NCBI GenBank assembly: GCA_039715015.1
Contig: JBDLIE010000005.1
Coordinates: forward strand, 1-64,000
DNA length: 64,000 nucleotides
Source of the DNA: Thermodesulfobacteriota bacterium
GTDB lineage: Bacteria; Desulfobacterota; Desulfobulbia; Desulfobulbales; SURF-16
Direction: 5' to 3'
Both the position numbers and the translations under genes were made by a program. Below are positions 40,089 to 49,678 of this stretch, piece by piece (positions within the stretch are counted from its first letter, which is position 1; each line of letters opens with the position of its first letter). The notes under the pieces are model-generated. The model worked only from the letters and a program-made list of their open reading frames with translations. It made no database searches and was not told the DNA's origin.

Positions 40089-41078
40089 ATGGCAATGCAA
40101 GAAAAGATTTTTGAAGTTGATTTTGACAAGCTGCGAGACCGTGCTGATAAGCTCGATAACGCATTATCTGTAGAAACAACGGGGCTTGCCAGACATGTCA
40201 ATAATGACCAGATATGGCAGTGTACATTTGATTTCATAGAGGATCTCCTCTTTATTGTTGATCGACAGTTTAACATTATCCGTGCCAATAAAGCGGCACA
40301 GGATCTCTTCCCAGACAGACCGATTCTCGGTCAAAAATGCTTTAAAATTTTCCATAACTCAAACCAGCCCATAGAAAAATGCCCGGGCTGCCGTGTTTTC
40401 CATTCCGGCAATCCAGAATCCATGGAAAGCAGTGAGTGTAATATGTTTGGTCGTTCGTTTGAGGTAAACGTCCGCCCTGTCAAGGATGACCACGGTTTTG
40501 TCTGGCAGGTCCTTCATATCTGCAAAGATATCACCAAGCTTAAAAAGCTTGAACAACGACTCAGAGATTTAGAGATAAAAGATAGCCTTACCGCCCTATT
40601 TAACAGGCGTACTTTTAACAAGATACTGACCAGAGAGTATGAGTTGGCCGCTGTGCGGCGCTCCGATCTGACCGTGCTGGTCATGGAACTCGATGGGTTG
40701 AAATTGATTAACCAGGAATGTGGCCATCAGTATGGTGATTATATCCTGCAAGAATTTAGTCATGAGCTGCAAAATAGGCTGGGTCCCGCATCTCTCTGTG
40801 CTCGAACCACAGGTGAACAATTTGCTGTTTTGTTGCCTCAGGTTGATTTTGAGGGGGCACAACGGCTTGCTGAGGATATTCATCAAATGGCCGAAAATCA
40901 TATTTATGATGATTTTTTCTGTCGCCAGGTCACGGTGAGTATCGGTGTTGCCTCTCTCCTTGATCATAATCCCAACAGTCAGGACCAATTATTTTGTTTT
41001 GCTGAGAATGCCCTGCGTGTTGCAAAACGTTGCGGCCGAAATCAAATAACGGTTTACAATCTGGAAGATTTTATTTGA
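40089..41078 (+). CDS. PAS + degenerate GGDEF domain protein
   Basis: DSLT.LFNRR, GHQYGD, TGEQF in place of GG(D/E)EF, TVSIG, AKR.GRN. Confidence 0.85.
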   Translation: MAMQEKIFEVDFDKLRDRADKLDNALSVETTGLARHVNNDQIWQCTFDFIEDLLFIVDRQFNIIRANKAAQDLFPDRPILGQKCFKIFHNSNQPIEKCPGCRVFHSGNPESMESSECNMFGRSFEVNVRPVKDDHGFVWQVLHICKDITKLKKLEQRLRDLEIKDSLTALFNRRTFNKILTREYELAAVRRSDLTVLVMELDGLKLINQECGHQYGDYILQEFSHELQNRLGPASLCARTTGEQFAVLLPQVDFEGAQRLAEDIHQMAENHIYDDFFCRQVTVSIGVASLLDHNPNSQDQLFCFAENALRVAKRCGRNQITVYNLEDFI

Positions 41079-41079
41079 T

Positions 41080-42087
41080 TTACCAGCCTTGGTAGAATTC
41101 CTGGCTGTTTCCCTGCTTGATTCGAACTATCTGTGTTTCAAGATCACCTATTTCCCGTTGCCAATACCCTTCTGTGCCCCAGTCAGGAATAATCGTGCTT
41201 GCCGCTTGTCTGTCATGGGATTGATAGGCGCACCAGGCCATGAAATGGATATAACGCATGGCCCGCAAGGGTTCAATGAGGGCCAGCTCACGCCGGTCAA
41301 AAGCTCTAAACACCTCATACCCATCCAGAAAATGTTCTATTTCCTGAAAGCTGTCATCCCGATATCCCGGCAAAACCATCCAGAAGTCCTGTACAGCCGG
41401 CCCCATAACCATGTCATCAAAATCGATGAGAAGAAAGGATTCCTGGCTACGGTGTAAAATGTTGCCAAAGTGGCAATCGCCATGGAGGCGGATGGTATCT
41501 GCATCGGTAAAGAGTGGCGTAATAAGCTCAAGGAGTTCCCGGCATACCCTTTCAAAAAGAGGGGCCAGTTCGCTTGGAAAGAAGTCCCCTGATAACAGAA
41601 ATTCTATCTGTTTACGGGTCATGTGGTCCGGCAAGAGGACGGGGCGGGCCTCGGCTTTTTTGGTGGCGGCAATGGTATGCATGCGGCCAATAAAACGGCC
41701 TAGCTCCTGCCACTGCTCTAATGAGTACTCATCAAGAAAGCGACCGCTCCGCTTTGGGTAGAGGGCATAATAAATGGAGTTATGGCAAAAGAGAGTTTGG
41801 TCGCCGTTTAAGGAGAGTGGGGAGACCACTGATAATTCTTGTTGGGCAAGCTCACCGACAAAGGCATGCTCTTCAAGGATGGCCTTTTTGCTCCAGCGGC
41901 CCGGACGGTAAAATTTAGCAATGAGCCTCGTTCCATCCTCTTTTTCAAGCTCGTAAACCCTATTTATATAAGAGTTAAGAGCCAAACAGTAGGGGGTGAA
42001 GTGGGATGATGTCGCCGCCTCTGCTGTTGAGATAATCTCATCAGGGCCAAGGGCGGCAAAAGAGTCCATGTCTTGAATTTTTGGCAA
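41080..42087 (-). CDS. srkA: Stress-response Ser/Thr kinase SrkA/RdoA
   Basis: LNSYINRVY, KFYRPGRW, HGDCH.GN, DFDD, AVQD. Confidence 0.88.
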   Translation of the reverse strand: MPKIQDMDSFAALGPDEIISTAEAATSSHFTPYCLALNSYINRVYELEKEDGTRLIAKFYRPGRWSKKAILEEHAFVGELAQQELSVVSPLSLNGDQTLFCHNSIYYALYPKRSGRFLDEYSLEQWQELGRFIGRMHTIAATKKAEARPVLLPDHMTRKQIEFLLSGDFFPSELAPLFERVCRELLELITPLFTDADTIRLHGDCHFGNILHRSQESFLLIDFDDMVMGPAVQDFWMVLPGYRDDSFQEIEHFLDGYEVFRAFDRRELALIEPLRAMRYIHFMAWCAYQSHDRQAASTIIPDWGTEGYWQREIGDLETQIVRIKQGNSQEFYQGW

Positions 42088-42102
42088 AATGTTTGGTTGG
42101 CA

Positions 42103-42690
42103 CTAGTTGTTTATGACCCGGTAATAACGGCCATGGGCACAGCTTTTACAAAGGGTTTTCCCGTCTGTTTCTACTTCGCGGCAATCCTGTACCCAATCAC
42201 CGCATCCGTCACATTGCACCCTTTTTAAAGGGCGGCCAGGCATATCTGCAGGGGGAATGGTGATCTCTACCTCTTCAATCTTAAAGAGCTCATCTTCAGG
42301 CATGACACGGTAGGCCTCAAGCTGTTGTTTATACTTTCCCTCCGCCTCCGGCACATATTTCTTGGCAAGCTCCCGGGATTCCTCCCGTGCGGTAATGCGT
42401 ACGGCTTTACCTGTCTCTAAGTTCACAAAGGTAGCAGCCATGATTCCATAATCCAGCCATTTCAAAGAGCGTTTGCCCAGGGTGCAACCAGTAACTGTCT
42501 GGATGGCATCGGTGGCGCAACGGTCGATTTCAACGAGGACATAAAACTTTTTGCGCTCACTGCCCTTGGGGTCTGAAATATCTATTTCCCTAAGACCAAT
42601 CATCGACATGCGAACGCCGATGACCTGTCCGGCACAGACATGGCCGTGGATGGTGGTGGAGTGTTCAAGAAGTTCTTCGAAAGTCTGCAT
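42103..42690 (-). CDS. FmdE-family protein with C-terminal zinc finger
   Basis: HGHVCAG, RCATDAIQ..TGCT.G, CxxC...CxxC. Confidence 0.88.
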   Translation of the reverse strand: MQTFEELLEHSTTIHGHVCAGQVIGVRMSMIGLREIDISDPKGSERKKFYVLVEIDRCATDAIQTVTGCTLGKRSLKWLDYGIMAATFVNLETGKAVRITAREESRELAKKYVPEAEGKYKQQLEAYRVMPEDELFKIEEVEITIPPADMPGRPLKRVQCDGCGDWVQDCREVETDGKTLCKSCAHGRYYRVINN

Positions 42691-42829
42691 GCTGCCCTCA
42701 TGGTATAAGTTTGTTGATTCCTAGCATGGGCAACGGCAATTGTCAAAAAGCAATTTGGAATTTGATTAGCATGGAGCTTCAACCAAACATTGATCATCAT
42801 GGCGCATGGTTGCATGAACGGCCTGATTT

Positions 42830-42893
42830 GTAGGAGCACCCCAAGGGTATTCGAAGTCTTCGCTTATCTCCTGCGGGGCACCCGGCCCTCCGG
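42830..42893 (+). repeat. REP-like composite repeat, copy 2
   Basis: 64/64 identity to the reverse complement of 29948-30011. Confidence 0.9.
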
Positions 42894-43049
42894 CATCGTG
42901 TCTCAAGAATGACTGAAGATGAGTGATAATCAAAATTTAGAATGAGATCGTGGCTGTCTCAATACAATCTCTTAAAGCAAGAAGAAGGGGGAAGATTTTC
43001 TGGCCGTGCAGAGAGAAGAGCTCTTTGGCAGTGTTTGTCCTGGTTTTTT

Positions 43050-44240
43050 TTACTCTTCTTTAATGGCCAGTAAAGGCTCAAGGCGGGCTAAACGGATCAC
43101 CGGCAGGGCGGCGCCGGCAAGACAAATCAAAACACCAGCCAGGCATCCCAAGGCGCTGATAATGATGTTTTGGCTCGATGTTAAAGAGGTAGCGCCTAGG
43201 CTGGTGAGGAGATTAAAGTCCTCAGCCAGAAAATAGATGAGATAATGGCCGACAAATATACCCAGGCAGGCACCAATAATACTGATGAAGAATGCCTCAC
43301 TGAGAAAAAGAGAAATGACGTGTGATTTCTGGGCACCAAGGGCGCGTAGGATACCAACCTCACGCCGCCGTTCGTTTGCCAGAGCGGAAAAGGTGGACCA
43401 AGCCAGAAGAATGGCCAGAAGTGATGAGATTAGAATAGTTATGGTGAATACTCGGACAATATCGCGCAAGGTTGTGCGAACATCTGCGCCGATATTACCG
43501 CGGGTCATAATGCCAACACGTGGATTGATATCACGGATTTTTGCCACCACCCGCTCGACATCAAAGCCTTCTTTGACTTTGAGAAAGACAATGGATATCT
43601 GGCCACGTTTATAGCTACCTAAAGCCTCATCAGTGATATCGTCAAGGTCTTCAAGGCGCATGAACAGGCCGTGGTCAAGACCGGTACCGGTGACCTCAAG
43701 ATGATCAACCATCTTTATTTCATTGCCGAAAAGGGCCATTGTGTCGATGAGCCCCAGGTATTCCCAGACATAATTGCCCACATAGACCTCTCCTTTCTTG
43801 AGAGGGGTAGGGGTTTTTATCCATGGTGTAATGACAAAATCTTCGTCTTGATTAAAGGCGATGATTTGGCCTTCGATGATAGAACAGCAACCGGAATCTA
43901 AGGTGTTAAGGTAGACATGGTAGGTGGAGTCGGCGATCTCATCCATTCCCTTTGTTTCATCATAAATCCCTCTATCCATGTAGAAGATCTTTTCCTTGCT
44001 CTCAAGGATGAACTCTTCAGCCATGGACTTTGCCTTGGAGGGCACAATAACAATATCGGCTCCCAGCCGTTTTGTCGCCTGGTCAAGGTCCTCCTGCACA
44101 GCCTGCTTAAAGAGCAGAGCGAAAACGAGAAGGGCCACGAGAAGGGCCACGGCAATAACCAGGACGATATTGCGAAATAATTTACGGGAAAATCCCTTCC
44201 AGGCAACAAGGGGAAGGGGAAGTCGACCAGGGTTGGACAT
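43050..44240 (-). CDS. MacB/FtsX-type ABC permease
   Basis: RLGADIIVVP-like segment, ERRREVGILRALGA, 4-TM topology, periplasmic SGCCS. Confidence 0.9.
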   Translation of the reverse strand: MSNPGRLPLPLVAWKGFSRKLFRNIVLVIAVALLVALLVFALLFKQAVQEDLDQATKRLGADIVIVPSKAKSMAEEFILESKEKIFYMDRGIYDETKGMDEIADSTYHVYLNTLDSGCCSIIEGQIIAFNQDEDFVITPWIKTPTPLKKGEVYVGNYVWEYLGLIDTMALFGNEIKMVDHLEVTGTGLDHGLFMRLEDLDDITDEALGSYKRGQISIVFLKVKEGFDVERVVAKIRDINPRVGIMTRGNIGADVRTTLRDIVRVFTITILISSLLAILLAWSTFSALANERRREVGILRALGAQKSHVISLFLSEAFFISIIGACLGIFVGHYLIYFLAEDFNLLTSLGATSLTSSQNIIISALGCLAGVLICLAGAALPVIRLARLEPLLAIKEE

Positions 44241-44259
44241 GTGAAGACCTTAAAGTACA

Positions 44260-44297
44260 AATAAAGAAAGGGAGACCTGAGTCTCCCTTTCTTTATT
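44260..44297 (-). terminator. Strong hairpin/terminator between the secreted-protein gene and the permease
   Basis: Perfect 17-bp stem aataaagaaagggagac / gtctccctttctttatt. Confidence 0.85.
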
Positions 44298-44319
44298 CAA
44301 TTATGGTGAAAAGGTTACT

Positions 44320-45468
44320 CTATTTCTTATACTCTGCATCCAAACCACAGAGTACAGCATGAACACCGTCTTCACCAGCGCCAATCTCTTCATCATGGCA
44401 GGCAAGACATACGGAGGTCGCTTTGCCGACGAATTTCTTGGCCTTCACATCATAGAGCTTGAGCTGACCGTCCATCAGATACTCATCTGGAGCAGGCTTA
44501 GTACGATCCTGGCAGTCCTCAGCAAAGATGGCCTTGGTCCTGGAGGTAACGACAACGTACTTGTCATCCGGGGTGAACATGGCGTCATGGGTCTCTTCCA
44601 GAGGAGGCATGGTCTCGGCATCAATGGTTTCCAAGGTGTTGGCATCAATAAGGAACATGATGTCACCGGTGGCATTGGCAATCATGGAAGAATCGTTTGA
44701 CCAGTACTGCCTAAAAGAAATAGTCTTCTTCTTGTTGCCGTCAGCAACGCCAGAGGCAAGGAGCTTTACTTTGCCTTTTTCAAGGGCTTTGGCATCGAGC
44801 ATTTTCAGGTGCAGTTTGCCGACACCGGTGCCGTAGCTGGCAAGAGAGGAGGAATCACTCTCGTTAATTGTGATGAGCATCTTGCTCATGTCTGGAGAGG
44901 TGGTGCCGTGAAAGTATTTATAGGGTACTTTGGGGTCAGCCTCAGAGCCTTCCAGGAAAACACGATGTTTGATCTTGAGATCTTTTTTGGTAAATACATC
45001 GATGTAGGCAGGGTTTGACATGGTGATGGGCATGAAATAATCTTTGGTCTGCCCTGATGCGCAGTACATCTTCTTGGTAACCTTGACTTGCTTCGGGGTG
45101 GGAACATTAACGTCCATGATAACCTCACCGGTGCGCAGATCTGTTTTGCCAACGTGGGTTTTGCCAGTGGCTGGGTCAAGTTTATAGGTAGACCAATACA
45201 TGGTGTTACGGTCTTTATAATCGATACGGGCATCGTGGACTGGATGGGACTCGCCATCACCAATATCAATTTTAGTAAGCTCATTACAGGTAATGGGGGA
45301 CTCTTTAGCTGGGTCTATGGTACAAACGGCCTTGGCAAAATGGCCACCCATGGCTGCTACATAAAAAGTAGCTTCGTAGGTTTTGCCTGCCATGGCGCCA
45401 GTTGCAATTCCTGCAGTGAGAGCAGTAGCGGTTACAGTGCTCAGCAATGCCTTTTTGGAAATCTTCAT
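44320..45468 (-). CDS. Secreted hypothetical protein, probable beta-propeller, with one CxxCH near the C-terminus
   Basis: GAGGAG RBS, Sec signal (AMA), blade-like motifs HGTTSPD / HDAMFTPDDKY, CLACH. Confidence 0.8.
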   Translation of the reverse strand: MKISKKALLSTVTATALTAGIATGAMAGKTYEATFYVAAMGGHFAKAVCTIDPAKESPITCNELTKIDIGDGESHPVHDARIDYKDRNTMYWSTYKLDPATGKTHVGKTDLRTGEVIMDVNVPTPKQVKVTKKMYCASGQTKDYFMPITMSNPAYIDVFTKKDLKIKHRVFLEGSEADPKVPYKYFHGTTSPDMSKMLITINESDSSSLASYGTGVGKLHLKMLDAKALEKGKVKLLASGVADGNKKKTISFRQYWSNDSSMIANATGDIMFLIDANTLETIDAETMPPLEETHDAMFTPDDKYVVVTSRTKAIFAEDCQDRTKPAPDEYLMDGQLKLYDVKAKKFVGKATSVCLACHDEEIGAGEDGVHAVLCGLDAEYKK

Positions 45469-45654
45469 TTTTTCTCCTCGCTTGAGTGTTGTCGCGATCT
45501 CTGTTGCAATCGCATTAACATTTGGATTCTGGAACAATGTGTCACTGGTAAAGGGATCAGAGAAGCCCTGTAGCAGCAGGTTTTACGCTCTCTTTTAGAC
45601 CTCTTTGGTTTTTCTCCAGTTACAGGAAAATCATGTTGCCAGAAAAAATACTTT

Positions 45655-45693
45655 GTGTGACAATCTGTCCCTAGTGTGACAAATTGTCACACT
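45655..45693. promoter_or_regulatory. Tandem operator in divergent promoter (RegA-box-like)
   Basis: Perfect palindrome AGTGTGACAA-A-TTGTCACACT (45673-45693) plus degenerate copy GTGTGACAATCTGTCCC. Confidence 0.75.
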
Positions 45694-45824
45694 GGAAGGT
45701 TCCGAAAATAAATGATTGCGAAAAATTTGCAACAAGAAAAAAGAGAAAAACCCTCCCTTTTCTTGTTTAAAGTTGATTCCTGTTAACGGGGTTATGATCA
45801 GTGGCAGGGGCTGGGAAAATAAAA

Positions 45825-46505
45825 ATGTATATCGAATGTGAAAACCTGAACAAAAAATACAAGTCTGAAGGGGCTGTTTTAACAGCAGTTGATCAAGTCA
45901 ATCTTCAGGTGAACAAAGGGGAGTTCGTCGTCATCTTGGGTCATTCCGGTTCTGGAAAGACGACGCTTCTATCATTAATTGGCGGATTAACCAAGCCCGA
46001 TGGCGGCACGGTTAGAATCGACAATATTGATAATTGGCAGCAGGCTGATGATGAGCTTGCTGTGATGCGCAATAAGAAGATCGGCTTTATTTTTCAATTT
46101 GCCAGTCTTATCCCCACCCTGACTGTTCTCGAGAATATTCTTTTACCTCTTTCCTTCACAAGCGACCCGCAAGGGGACAGGCAATATGCATTGGACCTTC
46201 TGGAGAGAGTCGGCCTCAGTGGCCGGCAGGATGATCTTCCCGGCCAATTGTCAGGCGGCCAGCAACGCCGTGTCGCCATTGCCCGTTCTTTTATAAATCG
46301 CCCAGATATTATTTTAGCAGACGAACCCACAGGTGATCTGGATGAAGAGACTGAGAAAGAAATTCTTGCCATTTTTAAGGATTTTAATAAACAGGGGATC
46401 ACTTTTCTTGTTGTAAGCCATAATAAAGATCTGGCTCTCAGTCAGGACAGACCGCGTATGTTAACCATGAAAAACGGCTCTTTAGCTGAGACTTCTTCTC
46501 CATGA
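45825..46505 (+). CDS. ABC ATP-binding protein (LolD/MacB type)
   Basis: GHSGSGKT, LSGGQ, LADEPTG. Confidence 0.95.
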   Translation: MYIECENLNKKYKSEGAVLTAVDQVNLQVNKGEFVVILGHSGSGKTTLLSLIGGLTKPDGGTVRIDNIDNWQQADDELAVMRNKKIGFIFQFASLIPTLTVLENILLPLSFTSDPQGDRQYALDLLERVGLSGRQDDLPGQLSGGQQRRVAIARSFINRPDIILADEPTGDLDEETEKEILAIFKDFNKQGITFLVVSHNKDLALSQDRPRMLTMKNGSLAETSSP

Positions 46506-46996
46506 AAAAACTTTTTTTATTGTGCACCCTGTTGCTATGTTTAGCCGCTTGCGGGCAGTCCCAACAGGCTCCAGAGCTGCAGGTCGGTGGACCAGCTCCT
46601 GGATTTTCCGGCCTTGATATTTCAGGTAATTCCTTTGACCTGGCTGATTTTTCTGGAAAGCCGGTTATTATTCGTTTTTGGTCAACTGAGTGTAATTACT
46701 GCCGGGCAGACACCCCTGTTTTTAATAAGTTGTACGCGAAATATCACGACAAGGGCCTACAAATTGCTTATATTAATACATTGTCAAGTTTGCCCCAGGT
46801 TAAAGAGTTTGTTGCTGATCTTGCTATTACATTCCCTGTCCTCATGGACGAGGATGGAACCATGGCGCGTAGCTACCAGGTGAAGCTTGTTCCCCAAACA
46901 ATAATTATCGATAAAAAACACAACATTGCTGCTGCTATTCTTGGCGGTGTCAGTGAAAAGGAAGTTATGGATTTGCTTCAGGAGGATTTGAAATAA
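46502..46996 (+). CDS. TlpA/ResA-type thioredoxin lipoprotein
   Basis: LAAC lipobox, FWSTECNYC, cis-Pro VP. Confidence 0.9.
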   Translation: MKKLFLLCTLLLCLAACGQSQQAPELQVGGPAPGFSGLDISGNSFDLADFSGKPVIIRFWSTECNYCRADTPVFNKLYAKYHDKGLQIAYINTLSSLPQVKEFVADLAITFPVLMDEDGTMARSYQVKLVPQTIIIDKKHNIAAAILGGVSEKEVMDLLQEDLK

Positions 46997-46997
46997 A

Positions 46998-47501
46998 ATG
47001 AGAACTTTGAAAAACATCTTTGTGGTCCTGTGTCTTGCTTTCTTGGCCTCTTCTGCTGTTGCCGTTGCCGAACCATTAGAAAATATTGCCGATGATAGCC
47101 GTTGCAATGTCTGTGGTATGTTTGTTGCCAAGTATCCCAATTGGCTCACCCAGGTTCATAGAGCCGATGGACAGGTTTCCCTTTTTGACGGGGTCAAGGA
47201 TATGATGGTCTTTTATTTCAACCCAGAGAAATATGGTGCCAAGGCAGACACTTTAAAGGATATTTGGGTAAAAGATTATTACACCATGAATTGGCTTGAT
47301 GGCCGTAAAGCCCTCTACGTTGTTGGTAGTGATGTTCATGGCCCCATGGGCCACGAATTCATCCCCTTTGCCAGTCATGAAGCAGCGGCATCTTTCTTAA
47401 AAGATCATTCTGGTAAAGCCATCCTTGCCTTTGATGATATTACCTCTGAAAAGGTGGAATCCATGCGCATGGGTATGAAGATGAAAATGAAGATGAAATA
47501 G
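46998..47501 (+). CDS. NosL-family metal chaperone with Met-rich tail
   Basis: CNVCGM, YVVGSDV.GPMG, C-terminal MRMGMKMKMKMK. Confidence 0.88.
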   Translation: MRTLKNIFVVLCLAFLASSAVAVAEPLENIADDSRCNVCGMFVAKYPNWLTQVHRADGQVSLFDGVKDMMVFYFNPEKYGAKADTLKDIWVKDYYTMNWLDGRKALYVVGSDVHGPMGHEFIPFASHEAAASFLKDHSGKAILAFDDITSEKVESMRMGMKMKMKMK

Positions 47502-47536
47502 AGTGCAGCCATCATCTCCATCTTCCTGTGCTCTTA

Positions 47537-47812
47537 ATGCGTCCATCCTCCCTTTTTTTCTTTGTTCTTTTCGCCCTGGCCGTTACTACTGTAACGCTAG
47601 CGGCCCATGGCCGTCATCGTGCCCTTAAGGAGAAGGACGCATATTTTGTGCGCGATAGCCTGACCAGAGAACTTGGTTTAACCGACCTATGTCTGGCCAC
47701 CGAAGCTCGTTACACCAGACATCCTGCCCTGAGTGATGATCTTGCCCCTTTTATGGATTATCCAGCAGCCCTGGAGCATTTTCCCTCAGGTCTCTTCTGG
47801 GCGCCCAAATGA
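47537..47812 (+). CDS. Small membrane-anchored hypothetical protein
   Basis: N-terminal hydrophobic helix, LTDLCLATEARYTRHP...EHFPSG; overlaps next start. Confidence 0.7.
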   Translation: MRPSSLFFFVLFALAVTTVTLAAHGRHRALKEKDAYFVRDSLTRELGLTDLCLATEARYTRHPALSDDLAPFMDYPAALEHFPSGLFWAPK

Positions 47813-48990
47813 AAGAATTCCTTGAAAAACAGACCAATATTCTTGATTATGCCCTGGCTTCGCTCTGGCGCCGGAAGGGGAAGAATCTTAGTGTTTTTTG
47901 TGTCTTTACCCTGGTTATCTTTCTCTTAGCCTCTTTCCAGTTTTTAACACGATCTCTGTTGGTGTCTGCTGCTGATACTTTGCAGCAGACACCCGAAATC
48001 ACCGTCCAACGCATGGTTGCCGGTCGTCAGGAAACAATCCCTGTTGCCTATGGTGAAAAGATTAAAGCAATCTTCGGGGTGACTAGGGTCAGTGAAAGAG
48101 TGTGGGGCTATAAATTTAACGAAGTAACCGGCGCCAACCTTACTGTGATGGCTCTTGCCGACTTTTCCAAAGACAATCAGGCTGCTCTTGCTGAGGGGCG
48201 TTTTTTGGTTCAGGGAGATGCTGGCCAGGCCCTTATTGGTCAAGGGGTTTTAAAAGATCTGGGTTTGGGGAAACGGCGCAGCTTTTCTTTTTTTAGACCA
48301 GATCTCACCCTGAAATCGTTTTCAGTCAGCGGTATTTTTGCTCCTGCAACCGATATACTGACCTATGATTTGGTTGTCATGAATATCGGCGATGGCCGTG
48401 ATCTTTTCGGACTCCAGCCTGATGTGGCCACTGATCTTCTTGTCGAAGTTGGAAACCCTGTGGAGATTGATACCATTGCTAAGAAAATCTCAACGATCTT
48501 GCCAGATACCAGAGTGGTTACCCGTCCGCAGATTTTAATGACATACCAGGCTGTTTTTAGCTGGCGTTCAGGTTTTGCTTCAGTGTGTCTGTTAACAGCT
48601 CTTGCTGCCTTTATTATCTTGGCCTGGGACAAGGCCTCCGGCATGTCGCCTGAAGAACGGCGGGAAATTTCTATTCTGAAAATCCTTGGTTGGCAGACCC
48701 CTGATGTTTTAGCAGTTCGGTTCTGGGAAAGTTTTGCCATGGCACTGGTTGCCTTTGTCTCTGGTAATATTCTGGCCTATATCCATATTGGTTATTTCCA
48801 TGCAGCCCTTTTTCGTTCGGTGATGATGGGTTGGTCTGTGCTCCGTCCCACTCTTGATATTGTTCCGGCTGTATATTCTACGGACCTTTTCTTGCTCTTT
48901 TCTCTCTCCGTGCTTCCTTATTTGGCAGCCACGGTAATCCCTGCCTGGCGCTGTGCCTCAGTTGCCACTGATTCTGCGCTGAGGGGGTAA
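47809..48990 (+). CDS. MacB/FtsX-type ABC permease
   Basis: ERREISILKILGW, 4-TM topology with large periplasmic loop. Confidence 0.9.
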   Translation: MKEFLEKQTNILDYALASLWRRKGKNLSVFCVFTLVIFLLASFQFLTRSLLVSAADTLQQTPEITVQRMVAGRQETIPVAYGEKIKAIFGVTRVSERVWGYKFNEVTGANLTVMALADFSKDNQAALAEGRFLVQGDAGQALIGQGVLKDLGLGKRRSFSFFRPDLTLKSFSVSGIFAPATDILTYDLVVMNIGDGRDLFGLQPDVATDLLVEVGNPVEIDTIAKKISTILPDTRVVTRPQILMTYQAVFSWRSGFASVCLLTALAAFIILAWDKASGMSPEERREISILKILGWQTPDVLAVRFWESFAMALVAFVSGNILAYIHIGYFHAALFRSVMMGWSVLRPTLDIVPAVYSTDLFLLFSLSVLPYLAATVIPAWRCASVATDSALRG

Positions 48991-48994
48991 GTTC

Positions 48995-49678
48995 ATGATT
49001 GTTGAGCTCGAGGATATTGTTAAGATTTATAACCAGGGTGAGGCTAATGAAGTAACGGCCCTTGAGCAGGTTGATCTCACCATTGAGCATGGCTCCATGG
49101 TCTGTCTCAAGGGGCCCAGTGGCTCGGGGAAATCGACACTGCTTTCCATTATTGGCTGTATTTATCCGCCTACCAGCGGCAGGGCCGTTATAGGCGGCAA
49201 GCAGTTGTCACGTCTGCCAGATCGTTTTTTGACCATCCACCGCCGGCAGACCATCGGCTTTATCTTTCAACAATTCAATATTTTGCCGAAGCTTTCTGTT
49301 TTTGAGAATATTGTTCTGCCTCTTCTGCCTTTGGGGGTCTCTCCTGCAAAGCGAAGAGCCATGGCTGAACCTCTGCTTGAACGTTTTGCCATTAAGCATC
49401 GTCAGAATTTTCCTGCCGGCTCTATTTCTGGCGGTGAACTGCAAAGAGTCGCAATTGCCAGGGCCTTAATTAATAATCCGCCTATCATCATTGCCGATGA
49501 ACCCACAGCACATCTTGATAGCAACCTTACCAGGGGTTTTCTGCAAACAATGATGGAGCTGAAGGAGGAGGGGAAAACCATCATTATTGCCTCCCACGAC
49601 CCGCTTGTCACCGAAGATGCCAGAGTGGACAAGATGTTTAATGTTCTGGATGGCAGGGTGAGCCAGGATGTTTCTTAA
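48995..49678 (+). CDS. ABC ATP-binding protein (LolD/MacB type)
   Basis: GPSGSGKS, ISGGE, IADEPT. Confidence 0.95.
   Translation: MIVELEDIVKIYNQGEANEVTALEQVDLTIEHGSMVCLKGPSGSGKSTLLSIIGCIYPPTSGRAVIGGKQLSRLPDRFLTIHRRQTIGFIFQQFNILPKLSVFENIVLPLLPLGVSPAKRRAMAEPLLERFAIKHRQNFPAGSISGGELQRVAIARALINNPPIIIADEPTAHLDSNLTRGFLQTMMELKEEGKTIIIASHDPLVTEDARVDKMFNVLDGRVSQDVS

Noticed and set aside
46998..47501. Nitrous oxide reduction
   Set aside because: NosL alone; nosZ, nosD, nosF/Y-type genes are absent from the window
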